Source of the DNA: Hamiltosporidium tvaerminnensis FI-OER-3-3
Lineage: Eukaryota; Fungi; Microsporidia
Assembly: GCA_022605425.2 (NCBI GenBank)
Contig: CM061256.1
Location: 310,001 to 374,000 of the forward strand
Direction of reading: 5' to 3'
Length of the DNA stretch: 64,000 nt
This document shows positions 46,392 to 60,914 of this stretch, in pieces. The notes below the pieces were generated by a model. The model was not told the origin of the DNA and did not search any database. It saw nothing but the letters and a program-made list of their open reading frames with translations. Both the position numbers and the translations under genes were made by a program. Every line of letters begins with the position of its first letter. Position 1 is the first letter of the stretch.

Positions 46392-48742
46392 ATGAATAGA
46401 TATACGATTTTTCGAAAGAATTTAATTTTTTATTCTATGTTTTTGTATAATATAATTTATTTTTTGAATGTATTTTGGAGATTTGATCTTGTTACTTCTT
46501 GTAAATTTACTTATATCTTCAAAAGAAATTTAAATGAAGAAATTCTATTTTTTCGCGAAAATATAGAAGAATCGGTGTTATATGAGGAAATGATTGATTT
46601 TTTTAGTGTAACTTACATTTTTAGTATCGAATCTCAATTTGATAATAATATGGATACTGTTTTTATCTATAAGAAAGATAACTTCATTCAATTTAGGGAT
46701 TTGAATGTTTTTTTAGCATCAAGTTCATTGGAAAATAAATGTAAAAGCGTAAAAATTCAATGTGGTTATGAATTATCTTATTATTTGATGATATCTAAAG
46801 ATATAACAGAAATCCCAGATGAAATTAGCAATTTTCAATTTAGATGTATGCTAAGGACTTTGATATGTTTAAAAGCAGTAGAAAATAAAAATATTATCAA
46901 ACTTATCCGAGCTCTACTTTGCAAATATTTTCTTTATCAAAATATAAATAAAATAAAAAATGAATTTTTGGATTTTAAAGAAATATTTAGTTCGGGTTTT
47001 TCTAAAAAGATTAATTTTTTTATAAAGGAAAGTCTTATTTCAGCTTTTCTAGATATTTTTATGGTCAATTATGAATTTTATGATGGCAATCTTATTATCT
47101 TTGAGAATTCTAAGAAGGTTTATGATGTTTCACTTTTTGATGAAAACATTCCATATAAGAATTTATTGATAAATAACCATACCGCGTTTTGTATCCTGGA
47201 ACATATATTGGAAGATTCTTATATTTTAAATAATTTTAAAGTTTTATTGTATGAAATGAATATTAAATCATTGATATTAGACAATTATAGAGCCTTAATC
47301 AAACCGGGTATTGATCCTAAATTTGTAATTCTGTGTACTAGTATCTTCAAAGCGATAAAAATTTCATATTTCAGAAGCTTTTCTTCTTCATTTTTACACA
47401 ATTTGGCTTGTATTTCAAAAAAAGATATCGATTTTCTTAGTTTACAAAATATCGTTGTTTCTAGAGATACTTTGGATTTATTCTTGAAAAAAAGAAATCT
47501 TAAAGGATTGGTGTTGGATAATATTGCGGTAGATGATAATAATTCTTATTTTGATGATTATTTGTGTCTAAATGATACCTTGGAATATATATTTTTTACT
47601 AATGTTGGAATAAATTATATGTGGTGGTGTGGCTTCTTTCGGAGAACGAATCCTCGTAAAATCATACTTATTTTTTATGTTTACAGAAGTCCAAAATTAT
47701 TTTATTGAAGCATTCAGTGAACTAAATACTTATAAAAATGTTTTGTATTTAGAAATACTCTTTCGCGGTTTCAATATATCAAAAGAATTTTGTAATTCAT
47801 TATCTCATTGGCAAAGTATTCGAACGCTTAAACTAGAGAGGTTTTGAAACAAATGAAGATACCGAGATTTTTTTGCTAAAAACAATCGAAGGTATGAAAG
47901 AATTAAAATATCTTGCTATTCAAAGCAATGTGATTGGCCGAAAACTATACTGTTTTTTGTTGAGAAAATGTAACATTAAAGTTTTTGAATTGGAAACTTG
48001 CTATCTAAACAAAGAATATATTTTGTTTATAGATTTCTTTGGTAATTATAATTCTTTGACTAAATTCGCTTTGAAACGTATAAAAATAGATCTGTCGGGT
48101 TTGAAAGAAATATTCAAAATAGAAAATTTACTAAGTCTAGCTCTAGAGACATGTATTGTCGAGCCTCTTAGAAGTTATGAACCTATCGATTTCATGTCTG
48201 AAAGTCTAAAGTCGTTGGATTTATACGGTATGCATTTAAATACCAGATGGGCATATGACATTCTTATTAGATTAGATAATATTGAATCTTTAAATATATC
48301 TTATTGCCATGTTTTACCTGATTACCTGGAAAATTTAAGTGAGAAATGCAATTTGATTCTTAAAAAATTTTATTACAATCATAATTCGTTGTATCAGATG
48401 GACTTGAACAGAATAAAAAGATTTAATACTCTGGAAGAATTAAATTTTTATGGATGCAGTTTTGTTAAAACAAATTTTCATAAGTTAGGCCAGGACTGTA
48501 AATTTTTTAATTCCTTAAAAAAAATGAATTTATATCTTGTTCGGCTAACTTTAGAAGATCTTCACTATTTTAGATATTTTAAAAACTTAAAAAACCTCAA
48601 ATTAACACTTTTTGGAAGCGGAACTATCATTTTAAAATATTCACTAATTTACCAAACAATGTCTCGATATTTAATTAACAATGACCTTTTCGAAAAAGAT
48701 CGAGAAACATTTTTTCAATATCTTTACGAGCTTTTTATATAA
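46392..48742 (+). pseudogene. Leucine-rich-repeat protein with N-terminal hydrophobic segment, two frameshifts
   Basis: LxxLxL repeats (LKGLVL, LKSLDL, IESLNI, LEELNF, LKNLKL) across three ORFs; shifts at ~47675 (T run) and ~47840 (GA run). Confidence 0.7.
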
Positions 48743-51700
48743 GCGACGAATAAATATTCTTTATCTTACTGATCTGTCTGTTATATTTTTCTATTTTGGC
48801 TTTTCTCAGGCTGTTTAAATATATATTAGTAACATCATAACTATCGTTGGATATTTAATCTATGTTTTATCTTATTTAAAATTATTCTCATGAATGATAT
48901 TAAAAGTAAATAACTTATAATGTTAGTAATTTGATTAAAAGAATTTTTCGATGGTTTCAGATCGGGATAATAATTGATCTAAATTTTTATTGAACTATGA
49001 ATTATGGTTTAAACTTATATTAATTACGAACAAAATTCGCCAAATTTTTTTTAATTCATAATTCAAACATAACTATCAAATTAATTTATTGACACATAAG
49101 AAATTTTCAAAAAATGAATATTAATTCAGCACACTTTGGTTTCAATTTGATCTGTGAAAAACACATCAAATCGATTAAAATTAACAAAAAAATTAAATAA
49201 TTTATTAACTTGATCTAGAAGTTGAATAATAGCAACATAAAAAATATGTCTAATCGTAATAATCAATTGATTTCTTATCATAAATAATTTCTTGTATTTA
49301 AAAAATAATCTGAATAGTATATATTTTTTAATATAACGTTTTTCTTATTCTAGTAACTTAATACTCTTTTATAAAATTATGTATTAGCTACAAAAAAATT
49401 TGAATAGATCCAAGTAATTGAAAAATATTAACAAAAGTGATAAAAATCACCAAGAACCTATTAAAAACAGAAAATATTGTTTAAAAATTTTCTAAATAGA
49501 GATATTTCATAAATAATTTAATTAAATTGCAATATTCTTTCTCCAATTAAGTTTACTGCCTGGATCTCTTGGGAGAAAACATAACGAGAATTTTATTAAA
49601 ACCCTTTCAAATAAGAACGTAATAACCCAAAAAAGGTTGATAAATTTATTATATTGTGCAATTAAATATAATCAAAATTAAGAAATACATATAAGAAGAT
49701 GAACTAGGAAAATGCAAATTTTGAAATGCCTAAGTTTTCTTGTTTATATTTCGTAATTGAAACGTATATTTGAAAGTTTCAGTCCATATACCTATAAATC
49801 TATCCTTAAATATAGAAAAATAGTTTAGAGCAAACTATTTTTATAAAAATTTATTTGTATTAAATTTCACAATTTTATAAACTATTTTTTCTTTTAATAT
49901 CAGTCTACTTTTCTCCTTCGAAGTTATATTTTATATTTTTCCGTTTCATGGCAATATGATATATTTAATTCTCATTATTCCTCCAAATTTCACAATACCC
50001 CATTCTATCCTAGTATTTATACCCGTCTTTGTCAATATTTGCTTTTGTAAAAAATTTTATTAAATATTTGTCTATGTAAATACATTTCTCTTAAACTGAT
50101 TCTTAGATTTTTGGTTTATTCCTAAAATTTTCTATTTAATTCTTTTATCAATATAGATAACGCGAAAGAGCATTTATACTTTCTTAGAAAGAGGTAAAAA
50201 GCGTTGAAAAATACATAAATTAGTTTGTAGGTAGGAGTTTGATTTAAGCATTTGCTAAACCATAAAAATATGTATAAATTTGATCAAAATCTTAAAAAAA
50301 GTAACAAATAAAACACTACGAGAGAGAACTTTCGATAGAATGTTTAAAACTCAGCAGCGGTTAAAATAGCGCAATATAGCAATAAACATATCAAATTTAT
50401 AACTATTACTAGATTCTTTGTGTAATTAAATGCACAACTTATCTCTAGAAAAGTAGAATAGCATTAAACTATCCAAGATCTATAGAAAAATGTTTAAAGC
50501 TTGGGTTTGTGAATCGGTTATCTGGTGGAAATATATTTTGATTTTTTAAGTAACTGGAAATATACTCTTCAGGCGTTAGTAACTGAATTTGGTATTCAAA
50601 CTAGAGACCAAAGAAACCCAAATTTAAGCAAAAGTTCAAGCTTAACATTAAATTCCTATGATAAAAATGTCTGGGGAAGAACTGGATGATGCAAAACAAA
50701 ATAAGATTGAGAATTATAATGAGTTTTCTAAAATTATAATATAATAGTACATTATAAAAAAAAGTAAATATATTTATCTCTAGATAATCCTGTTTTGAAC
50801 AATCGACTATTCTAAAGATATTCATAAAAAACGAAGGAGGAATAGCAGTGTATTCTATTGTTTAGGTTTTGCTGCAGTGATTACACAAAGCAAGATTTGA
50901 ATATAAAACGGAGCTTAAAGATTGTCTCAGATTTTTTATACAAATAAATCGAACCAGTAACATCAATAACTATCATATTGTTATATTGTTGCGAAAGATA
51001 GAAAAATTTCTGCAGAGTTTTAAATGTATTCTGAATGTTATCAAGAATGTTTCATAGTACTCGAAATCAATATCCGGACGTTCATTTGTATTTTGGAGAT
51101 AAAACCTAGATGTAAAAATCTAATAAGAAGGCGAAAACAAAAAGAGGAGATGCTGACAAATTTTACTGCAATTTTTTTTTCATCGCAGCAGCTAGCTTGA
51201 TCAATTATACGAATGAAGTATAAAATAGTAAAATTTATGCCGATGGTCGTTTGAATTACGCTATATCGCTCGTTTAAACATATTTTTTATAATAAATGTT
51301 TAACCCGCAATACATTAGAATTTATTTAAATAATTTCGCTCAATTTATACATACAGGCATCTGATTATATCATTACATAAGAGTTCTTGTATTTAACATC
51401 AATTAAATCTAGAAGGATCACGTTCATTTAAATCATTCAAGTTTAAGAAAAACGAAGTTATAAATCGGGCTTCTATGACATTTTAAACCGAAGGACTGAG
51501 TATGGAGAATCCCGAGCGTTTCAGGGAACGAAAAAGGTTATTAAGACCGCGAAATTTATATATAAGTATATTTTAGAAAATTTAAATGCTTCTTATATGA
51601 TAATTCTGGAGAACATTAACTTGTTGTCTAATATTTTCGATGTTCGAATCGATTAAATTTACTTATCATGTTTTTTTATTTAGCTTTAATATTCTGAAGT

Positions 51701-52445
51701 TTTACGATTGAAAAGTCTCATTTTTAATCTTAATAATTCCGAGAATACCATCAGAAGTTCAACTTGAGTCAAAAAGATGGTTTTCTCCGCTATGATTTTT
51801 TTAAATTCAAGATTAGGTTTAATTGATAAAGATTTATTCTTAATTAAAAGAATTAGATAACTAAAAATCTACTACTTTGATTTTCTGTGAGACATATATT
51901 CTTGCATGATCTAAAATTTCTTTTTTAATAAATTTTCAGAAATAATATAAATATTTTTGAACAGTTGTCTATGTTTACAATCGCAATATATGTTTTATTC
52001 TTTGATATTCTATTAAAATACTAAAAATGAATCTGATAGTTCTAATAGTTGGCAATGTGGTCTCTATGAAAACACTTTCTCTTCCAAATATATCATTAAT
52101 AGCTAGAATGGTTGATCTTGAAACAAAAAGATAAATAGTTAAATATTATACGCTAATATCATTAAAAATTTCTTGTTCTTTTCAGATCTATACTTTATAT
52201 ATTACAGCTTATAACCATATATCAATAATTTAAAACTTATTATTTAAAAATGAAGAAAAAATCATTGAAAATTTTTTGCAACTCTTGGAACACTTCAAAT
52301 CTCAATATCTTTAAAAAGGGATATTACATTTAGTTTTTTAACCGGTTAGAACATATCGAACTTCTAAAAACGAATTTATATATTAAAAGATAATTAGAGT
52401 GTATAAATACAGAAAAAAAATTCCAACATACAAGGTTTACAAAAT

Positions 52446-55400
52446 ATGCACAATTTTCAAACGAATAATCAGCAATTGAAAGATTTCATTTCGAATATAT
52501 TATCAAAAAATCTGTCGAAGGAATCTATATTGAATCAATTAAAAAGTGAGATGTTCCTAAATATAAGCAAAGTAAGCTTATGTAGATGGTCTAAACTGTT
52601 AATTTGGTTTGAAGATGAGCTCAAAAAATACTCATTTGAATTTTTTAGGAATAAGATACAACACAAGGCTTTCGATAGTCCTGTAAAGAAAAACATTCTC
52701 TATATTTTTAAAATTTTAGTTGTTCTGTTAAAGTATACATTTAGTCCCGAATCGTATACATTTGATTCTTGTATTGGTAATTTTGTTACTCAGATGATTT
52801 AAATGTATCATACGGGTCACTTTTGTTTTATAACGAATATTTGAATATTCCGGAATGTTTTGAAAAAAATCTAACTTGCAAAATTTTTGACAAGATAGAT
52901 TTCTCGGTGTATCTCGACAGAAAGTATAATATAGAGCCCAGGGAAAATAACAAGGATTTTTTTTCGAAATTAACTATAATGATGATACAAATATTGGAAT
53001 ACTTGATGAAGTTAAAACCATTTTAGACGGATTTTCAAAAAAACAAAGCAAACCTAATATTTTCAAAATTCTAGAAGATACTTCAAACTTATCTTTACAA
53101 ATTTCTAAAATAATAAAGTACGAATTTTACAAAGAATATTATTTTCAAAGATTGCTTTCAAACGATATTCTTGTGTTTAATATACTTATGAAAATTTCAC
53201 CTATAAAAAATATAAACGTAATAAAAGCCGGGCTTTTATTTTTCACATATGATGATTCAAATGAGGTTTTTATAGAAACTCTTTGTCAAATATTCAGTAA
53301 GTTTCCCTTTTTAAGCCATAAATTTACATTTTTCCTAGAGGATTTGAAGGATTGTCACTTTTTGAGAGATTTGACGCTCGATCACTCCATTATATCCAAT
53401 ACTGGCTTAGTTCAAAAGCAGAAATTTGTTTACGGTATTTTGAATTTATTTAAATCGTTCTTGTATTCAGATACGGCTGAAGTTATGCATAAAAAAATAC
53501 ATGATAAAAGGAATAGTAAAACATTCAATATTAACGAAATCTATCAGGTGTTGTTTCTTATCCACCATAAATCAGAAAATCTAACTTCTTTTATAATTAC
53601 GCTAGAAAACTGTCATTTAAAATGTTTTGTAGAATCAATAATAGAGTTATTAGAAGTACATCTCAAACGCAAAAAAACTTGTTTTATATTTTACCAGAGT
53701 TTAGAAATTTTAGATATATTTGATATTACCTTGTTTAACAATTTTAGACTTCTTACGAGTATAATTGGTATATATTTTGATTCAAACAAACTTGATTCTG
53801 CCTTGAAAGTGGTTGATTCTCTAATCGTGGTTTTTATTTTTATAGTTGAAAATGAAACATCATTTGAACAAAATTTAATTGATCTGTTAATATCTACTTT
53901 ACTTGATGTTTTTATAAAATATTTCGCAAAAATAACTGAAGCACAATATAAAATAATAAATAATAAGATAACAACTCTATATTTTATAAAAGAAATTTCA
54001 GTTTCGATTTTCCGCTTAAAAAACATCGAAAAATATTTTAAGGCGCTGTCACTGATCCAAAACGAAACGTTTTTTCCGGGATATTTGATCGTCTTACCAA
54101 CTTTTTCTTATTAAATACCGAAAATTCTTTGCTTATCAATACTAAGCAAATAGAAAAAGATTTTTTTACTAAATCGATAAAAAATTTCTCGGTGGAGACG
54201 AGACATTTCAAGTCTTGATGTATAGAGTATGCCATTCCATATATTTGTTTGGAAAATCATTGTTAATCAATTGATATGGAAATATTTGAGTCACATAGGA
54301 GGCATTTCTACAAAAATAATGTTGTAAAAAAAATCCATGAATTTCTTGAATCTAAAGATACAATTGCAATTGATTATTTTTTTTTATCAAGAATTCCATA
54401 TTAAACAACTCTTGATTTTTTTAAACAATATTCTTTCTAAAACAAATGTTCATTTATATATTGATAATCACCCGCTTATAGAAAATCTAATTAAATTTCC
54501 TGAAAAGTTGTATTTTTCCGAAAATAAGCTGTTAATATGGGATTTGGCCAAACACATAATATGTAAAGTATCATACAACTCTGATAATGCATTATTTCTT
54601 AAAAGACTGCTATTATTTGTCACGGATGCACTTAATCAGCATTCTTTGAACAAAACGTCATATTCTGAGTCAAATTATATAAAACTGTACGAAAAATTAT
54701 GCCTCGTTGTTAATTTTCTTTCATATATAAATGAAAACATAGATATTTTTTATAAAATAAGTTGTATGGTTATCAAAAACGAATTTTATTTAACAACAAT
54801 AAGAATATTCGAAAAAATATATTTAGATGTAACGAATTCGATCAAGCTGCCATTTTTGATCGAATTTTTAACCTTGAAAGCAAAAATATATTTAAACAAA
54901 ATTTTCATAAAGTTTTTTATTCCAATTCTGATATATTGACTGGATTTTATGAAATTCGTTATATATCTTTAATGGGTTGTATTTTGAGATTTAACCTCAC
55001 CAATACTCTCAACGAATTTAAACTGTACGAAGTTAATTGTTTGTTTATTATATCTTTTGGACAAAATGTATCAGCAATCTACTGATGATAGAAACTTGCT
55101 TTATATCTTTTCAATTTATCTAAAAAATACTTTTTCATATTTGCAAGTAAATACATTTGTGATAAACTTCAACCTTTTGAAAGATTATGTAACAAAGAAT
55201 TGCTAAATTGTACACAAAACAATCTACAGATAAAATATGTATTTGATAAAATTTTCCTAATTTTAGAATATTTTATGATTTCAATAGATTCATTAGGAGA
55301 CTTTTCGGACGGCTATAAATTATTAGAATTTATATTGAATTTTTTGGAAAAAAATCTACATACGTGGGCATATGAGAGTCTTATAAACTTTTTTAAGAAT

Positions 55401-58400
55401 ACGATATCTGAATTTTTTCATTTAATGAAAATATTAAACAATCTTGAAATCTTCTCTAGAATACTAGATTCGATAGCGCAATTAGATCTGAATTCTGTAA
55501 ATCCTTTGAAGTATAGTGTTGAAATCGAACAAAAACTTTAATATTTAAATTTCTAAGAGATGTATTTTATGATCTGAAATATATAAATTTTTTTATAGAT
55601 GCCCAGTCTAAACATGAGTCTATATTCTTGTTTGTTTCAAATGAACTAAATAGCTACAAACCTTTAGAACGTGTATTTGATTTTAAATCATCTGAAGATA
55701 AGAGAATTTCTTTTTATAGAATCATAGCTTCGAATATTAATTTAAATATTGATATGAATAAAAAATTTGCCTATAACAAAGAAATATTATTCTCATTTAT
55801 TGAGATTTATGATTCTTTTGATGACGAAAAGATTTTTTCATATTTGATTTGTTTGATTCGATTATCAGAATACTCTGGTTTATTCACAAAAAAAGAAATT
55901 TACAAAAACTTCGGCTTTAAAAATGCTTTGCACTTTCTTTCCAAAGACAGAAGAAATATATTTTCATCACAATCTATTCTTATCGAATACGCATATTTGT
56001 ATTTATATTGTTTGTTTGAAGATGAGGTGTACACCTTGTGTTCTATATTTTACATTAAAAACTAATATGTAGAAGTATCCGAGTCGATTTTAAATTATTT
56101 TGATTTAAAACTGGTTTATAAAGATGATTTGAGATCACCAGAGAATCGTTTATTGAAGAACGAAGAAATATATGTAAAAAAATATATATTCTATGATTTA
56201 TTAATTTTACTTCAATCAAGTAAGTCTTTTCAAGAAACAATAATCACTTTGAAGTTTTTAACAGAATCTTTTTATAATTTCCCATTAATCCTTAACCTTA
56301 TTGATCTTAAAATTTTATTGGATCTTTTTTATAAAAATACAACGTATGAAACAGAGGATGATAATTTTTCCATTGAAAAGCAACAAGAATGGTATATTAA
56401 TTTTAAATATGGATTCTTATTTACTGTAATGTTTTATAGAGCCACCAATGAAATAGTTTTTAAGCTGATTGATGACATTTGTACTAAACTTAGTGATTAT
56501 GATAATATTGAATTTTTTTCTATGATTTCGTTTATTCATAAAGTTTTCTTGTCGGAAATTTGTTGCTGTAAATACTCTTTGAATTCTAATGAGGAAAAGG
56601 TAAATTTAATTGATTCTAACTGCGAAAAAAATTTCTTAGAAAGACGGAGCCAAATATTTGGAAGGTTTTTAAAAAAAGGTTTATTAGATATATTAGTAAC
56701 AGCTTATGAAAAATTTGACTTATCACAAAGTTGTATTTTGAAAATAATTGGTTTGATTACAATAATAATTGATACCAGAGAATTTATTTTAAATAATACT
56801 TGCTTTGTTACGAAAATTTTCAGAATAAAATCCTCTATGGAGCATATTGTTTTTATCCCCAGATTTCTTGAAAAGTCTAATTTTACAGAAATACATATGC
56901 AAAAAAACCGATCCGTCCCGATTTTAAAATCAAAAAAAAATATTTTTAAACAAATAGACTACACAAAATATCTGAGGTTGGATTTCGGATGTTTAAAAGG
57001 AAAGCATAGTAATTCTAAAATTTTGCATGATTTTGTGTTCAACGATAAAAACTTGCATATTAAAGAATTTAATAATGATTTGGAAGATTTGGATTCTTTT
57101 AAGTTGCTATCTAAATTGTTTTGTGTAAATCTTCACGGAAAAATGTTTGATACAACTAGTTTTTTTACAAAAACTATCAGAATATCAACGTACAAACCCT
57201 TGCTTTGGTTCTTTAGTCAAAAAGATTTATCCGGAAAATAGTAGTACTGTGAGAGATGAATATGATGCAAGTGATTTAGAAAATATACATTTTAACTTTT
57301 TGGGAACTTATTTACAAGATATATCTTGTGAGGATGGTTTTAAGACACATAAGCTGTCAAATATAGGAAAAGAAGAGAGATTCAAATTTTCAGATTTCTT
57401 AACAGAAGAAAAATTGTCGAATATTTTTTTGCGTTTATTAATCTTCTTTAAAGGTAGGAAGGAAGCCTGTATAGTTAATAATATTAAAAGTATCATTAGT
57501 GTTTGTTCAAATCATAAATTACTAGGGAGCTTCAATTATTTTTTGATAAAAAATATAGAAACATATGAGAAAGTACAAAACGATCAAATTATTTCTTACA
57601 GATTGGAAATTTTACGATTAATTGTGATCGACTATCAATTTATTATCAGATTCAAGACCGATTCATTGAATTTTAATGTGTTGATTTTTGTTTTTATAGA
57701 TATAACCAACGAATATTTTTTGAAGTTTGATAGAAAAACACATTTGAGATCTTTAATTTCAATCTTTCTTTCTGAAAATATTTCTAATGAAAATTCAATT
57801 GTTGAATTTCTTCTTTTGAATATGAATCAAATCAACGAAAAACATTTGAGTTTAGGTTTTTACTTTGGGCTTAAAACAATCTTATTTTTTGTTGAAATGA
57901 TGAAAGATAAGATTTGTAAAATTTTTCTGCCTTTTGATAATGATAAGGAAAATAATTTGGACTTCTTTGTTTTCAAAGAGTTTGAAATGTTTCTCGAAAA
58001 ATTTCATGACTTTAAATTCGAACTAACTGTTGATTTTCTAGAAGATTAATAGATTATTTTATTAAGTTATCTCAGGAATATCTAGCTAGTATTTTTATAG
58101 AATTATTTAAGGATGGTGTTGTGGCGATAGAATATATCTTTAAATTATACATGGATGTACTTTTTAAAAGTAGCAGATTATACTTTTATGTTAGGAAGGA
58201 GGTTTCTGAACAAGATAAATTCGAAAGGCTAAGAAACCATCTAATTTTAAAATACTTGATGGCTTTTATCTTTAATATTACGTATCAAACATTTTATGAA
58301 ACGATAAATGAAGATAATGACTGTATTGAAGTAGAAGATTTAGATCGAGAGTTGAGAAAGTTATATAATTTCAAGCTTTTTGAAAATTTATTACAAAATA

Positions 58401-59530
58401 TTTTTCATTATACTGATATAGAAACAAAAAAATTAATTTTACGGAATAAATTTAATCGAAGTGAATATTACTTTAGAGGTATTAATTTTAAAGTGACTCG
58501 ATCTGAGATTTTTAATTCTACAATAAATATATTGTCACAATCAAATTTAATGGAAATAAGGTATAGTATGTGGTTTATAACATTTAGGTATGAATCAGGA
58601 CAGGGTATAGGGCTTATATATGATTTTTTTACTTTATTTGGAAAAGAAGTTAATCAGAATAAATATTTTGAAGCATTTAGAACTTTGGATTATTATGATA
58701 TTTCGAATTTAAACAATGAAAATGAAAATTTTATTAAAAAAGCATACTACTTTTTGGGTATAATCATGGCAAAATGTGTTGCAATGAATTATGTTTTGGG
58801 ATTAGAACTTATAGATTCCTTTTATTTATATTCATTGAAAGATAAAGTTACATTTGAAGACTTAAAATATTTAGATTATGAATTTTATGAAAATATCAAT
58901 AAATGTAATTTATCAGATGATATTGATTCATTTGGACTATATTTTACTGTTAATATTGATAATTTAGATAATGAATATGAGTTAAAACCAAATGGTAGTA
59001 ATATATCTGTTACAACCTCAAATCTAAAAGAATATTTGCAGTTAATAACCGAATTTAAACTTTTTAAAAACATGAACAAATATTTAAAAGAGATGAAAAA
59101 GGGGTTTAAATTTATATTGAATGAATATTTGAGCTTCTTGTTTACATTAGACGAATTAAAGTTATTTATTGAAGGAGAAAGAGCTATCAATATAGATGAA
59201 TGGATGTCTTCTACCAATTATATTGGAGATTATCACAAAGATCATCATGTAATAGTTTGGTTTTGGAAATTCGTCAAAAGTTCTAACGAAGAAATTCGTA
59301 AGAAAATTTTATATTTTGTAACGGCTTTAGAAAAATTTCCAATAGGTGGGTTTCAATCACAAAAATTTATACTTAAGGGGTTTTCCATTGAATCTACACC
59401 ATGTAAAGAGTTATTTCCTTCATCTCAAACATGTGTAAATTTGTTGATTCTTCCATGTTATGACGACGAGGAAACATTGATAAAAAACTTTATGATTGCA
59501 TTATAAAATAAAGAGTATGGTAAAATTTGA
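52446..59530 (+). pseudogene. Large HECT-domain E3 ubiquitin ligase, fragmented
   Basis: C-terminal HECT (F.YESGQGIG, ELKPNG.NI.VT..N..EY, WFW, FVT, PSSQTC.N.L.LP); preceded by ~10 colinear ORF pieces joined by frameshifts and in-frame stops; may begin nearer 52000. Confidence 0.8.
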
Positions 59531-59889
59531 ATTTAAAACATAAGTATATATGTTTTTGTTCCAATCTCAGAATTAAACAGTCTTAATTAAATTTTTTTAC
59601 GTTAGTTATAAAATTTCTAAAAAAGTATTTTATTACGATTCCATAAAAAAAATTAGAATCATTAAACTATCATCCTGTCTTTAAATACGTCTTTTTCTAT
59701 AGCAAATGGAATTAAATGTCATATTTTTACTAAAAAATTTTTATTTGCACCCCTGTTTCTCATATCTTAAGAAACCTATTTTTAAATAGAGATAAGCGCA
59801 ACTATCCAGTTTTAAACTTGTGATATTATTTATATCACAAAAATTAATATTTTTATTTTTATTTTTATTTTATATTTTAAAATTAGAAA

Positions 59890-60320
59890 GGCTGTGCCAA
59901 GATGAATAAAACCAATAAAGACAATTCTTTTATTTATAAAAACAATTATTTTCATAATAACAAAGGAACGGTGAGCAAAAAGACGATCTCCTTGTTAGAG
60001 ATGTACTTCAAACTTAGCTGCCTTCCAGAGACTTACGGCAAAACCATAGAAAATAATAAAGCAAACAAATGAACCTTTAAATTGGAATGTACTTATGGTA
60101 TTATTTATACACAAAATCTTGAAATTTTTTTTATATTTTAAGTTTAGTAATTTATAAAAAATATATAGGTTTTAACAAAAAGAGGAGGACACCAGAATGG
60201 ATTAAATATATAAAAACAGTTCTCTTATTTCTAGAAATAACCAATTTTATTATAATAAACGAACGATGAGTAGAAATTCGATCTCCTTGCTAGAGACTTA
60301 CTTCAAACTTGGCTGCCTTT
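59890..60320. repeat. Diverged direct duplication (~130 bp, period ~296 bp)
   Basis: CGATCTCCTTG(T/C)TAGAGA..TACTTCAAACTT(A/G)GCTGCCTT at ~59984 and ~60279. Confidence 0.8.
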
Positions 60321-60914
60321 CGGGAAAACATACCAGCTTCATAACTCATTGTAAAAAATAAAAATCCATGTCGATTTAGATTACGATATCATTTGCAATT
60401 TTATAATATAAGAAAAAAAACTGGAATACCATATAAAAAATCTTCAAAACGTGATATATTAAAGCTTATCAGTTATGTTTTTATAATTAAAAAAGTTATA
60501 CTTCTAACTCAGAATTAATCGATAAAGTGAGTTAACATAAATTTTAAACCATGAGTTCTGTGAAATTGAAGATTTTTGTTGTATTAAAAGAAAATTTTAG
60601 GATTTGTAAATATATATTTAATTCGAACCTTCTAAAATGGGTTTCATGTATGATAAACAATTTTTAATGTTCGATTACATCCGTAAATTATATTAAAACC
60701 TAAAAATTTATAAAAATAGAAACAAAGTTATTAGTTTGTGATAATTTCTAATATGAAGAGATAGAGCCTTTCTGAGATTGATCTTTACAGGGAAACAAAT
60801 TCACCTCAACAATTTTCTTTGAAGATAATTGAACTGTTAAATTGCCAGATTTCTGCACACTTAATTCTAGAAAATAAAACACTATATATATCTATCTTAA
60901 ATTTATACTATAAA

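Noticed and set aside
48488-48500. CAGGACTGTA as partner TIR for 29592
   Set aside because: Only 10 bp, inside LRR coding sequence and 19 kb away
22117-59506. TAA stop-codon reassignment (in-frame TAAs in the LINE and HECT gene)
   Set aside because: DOHH and the GT4 gene end in TAA at expected positions, and the HECT gene also has many frameshifts
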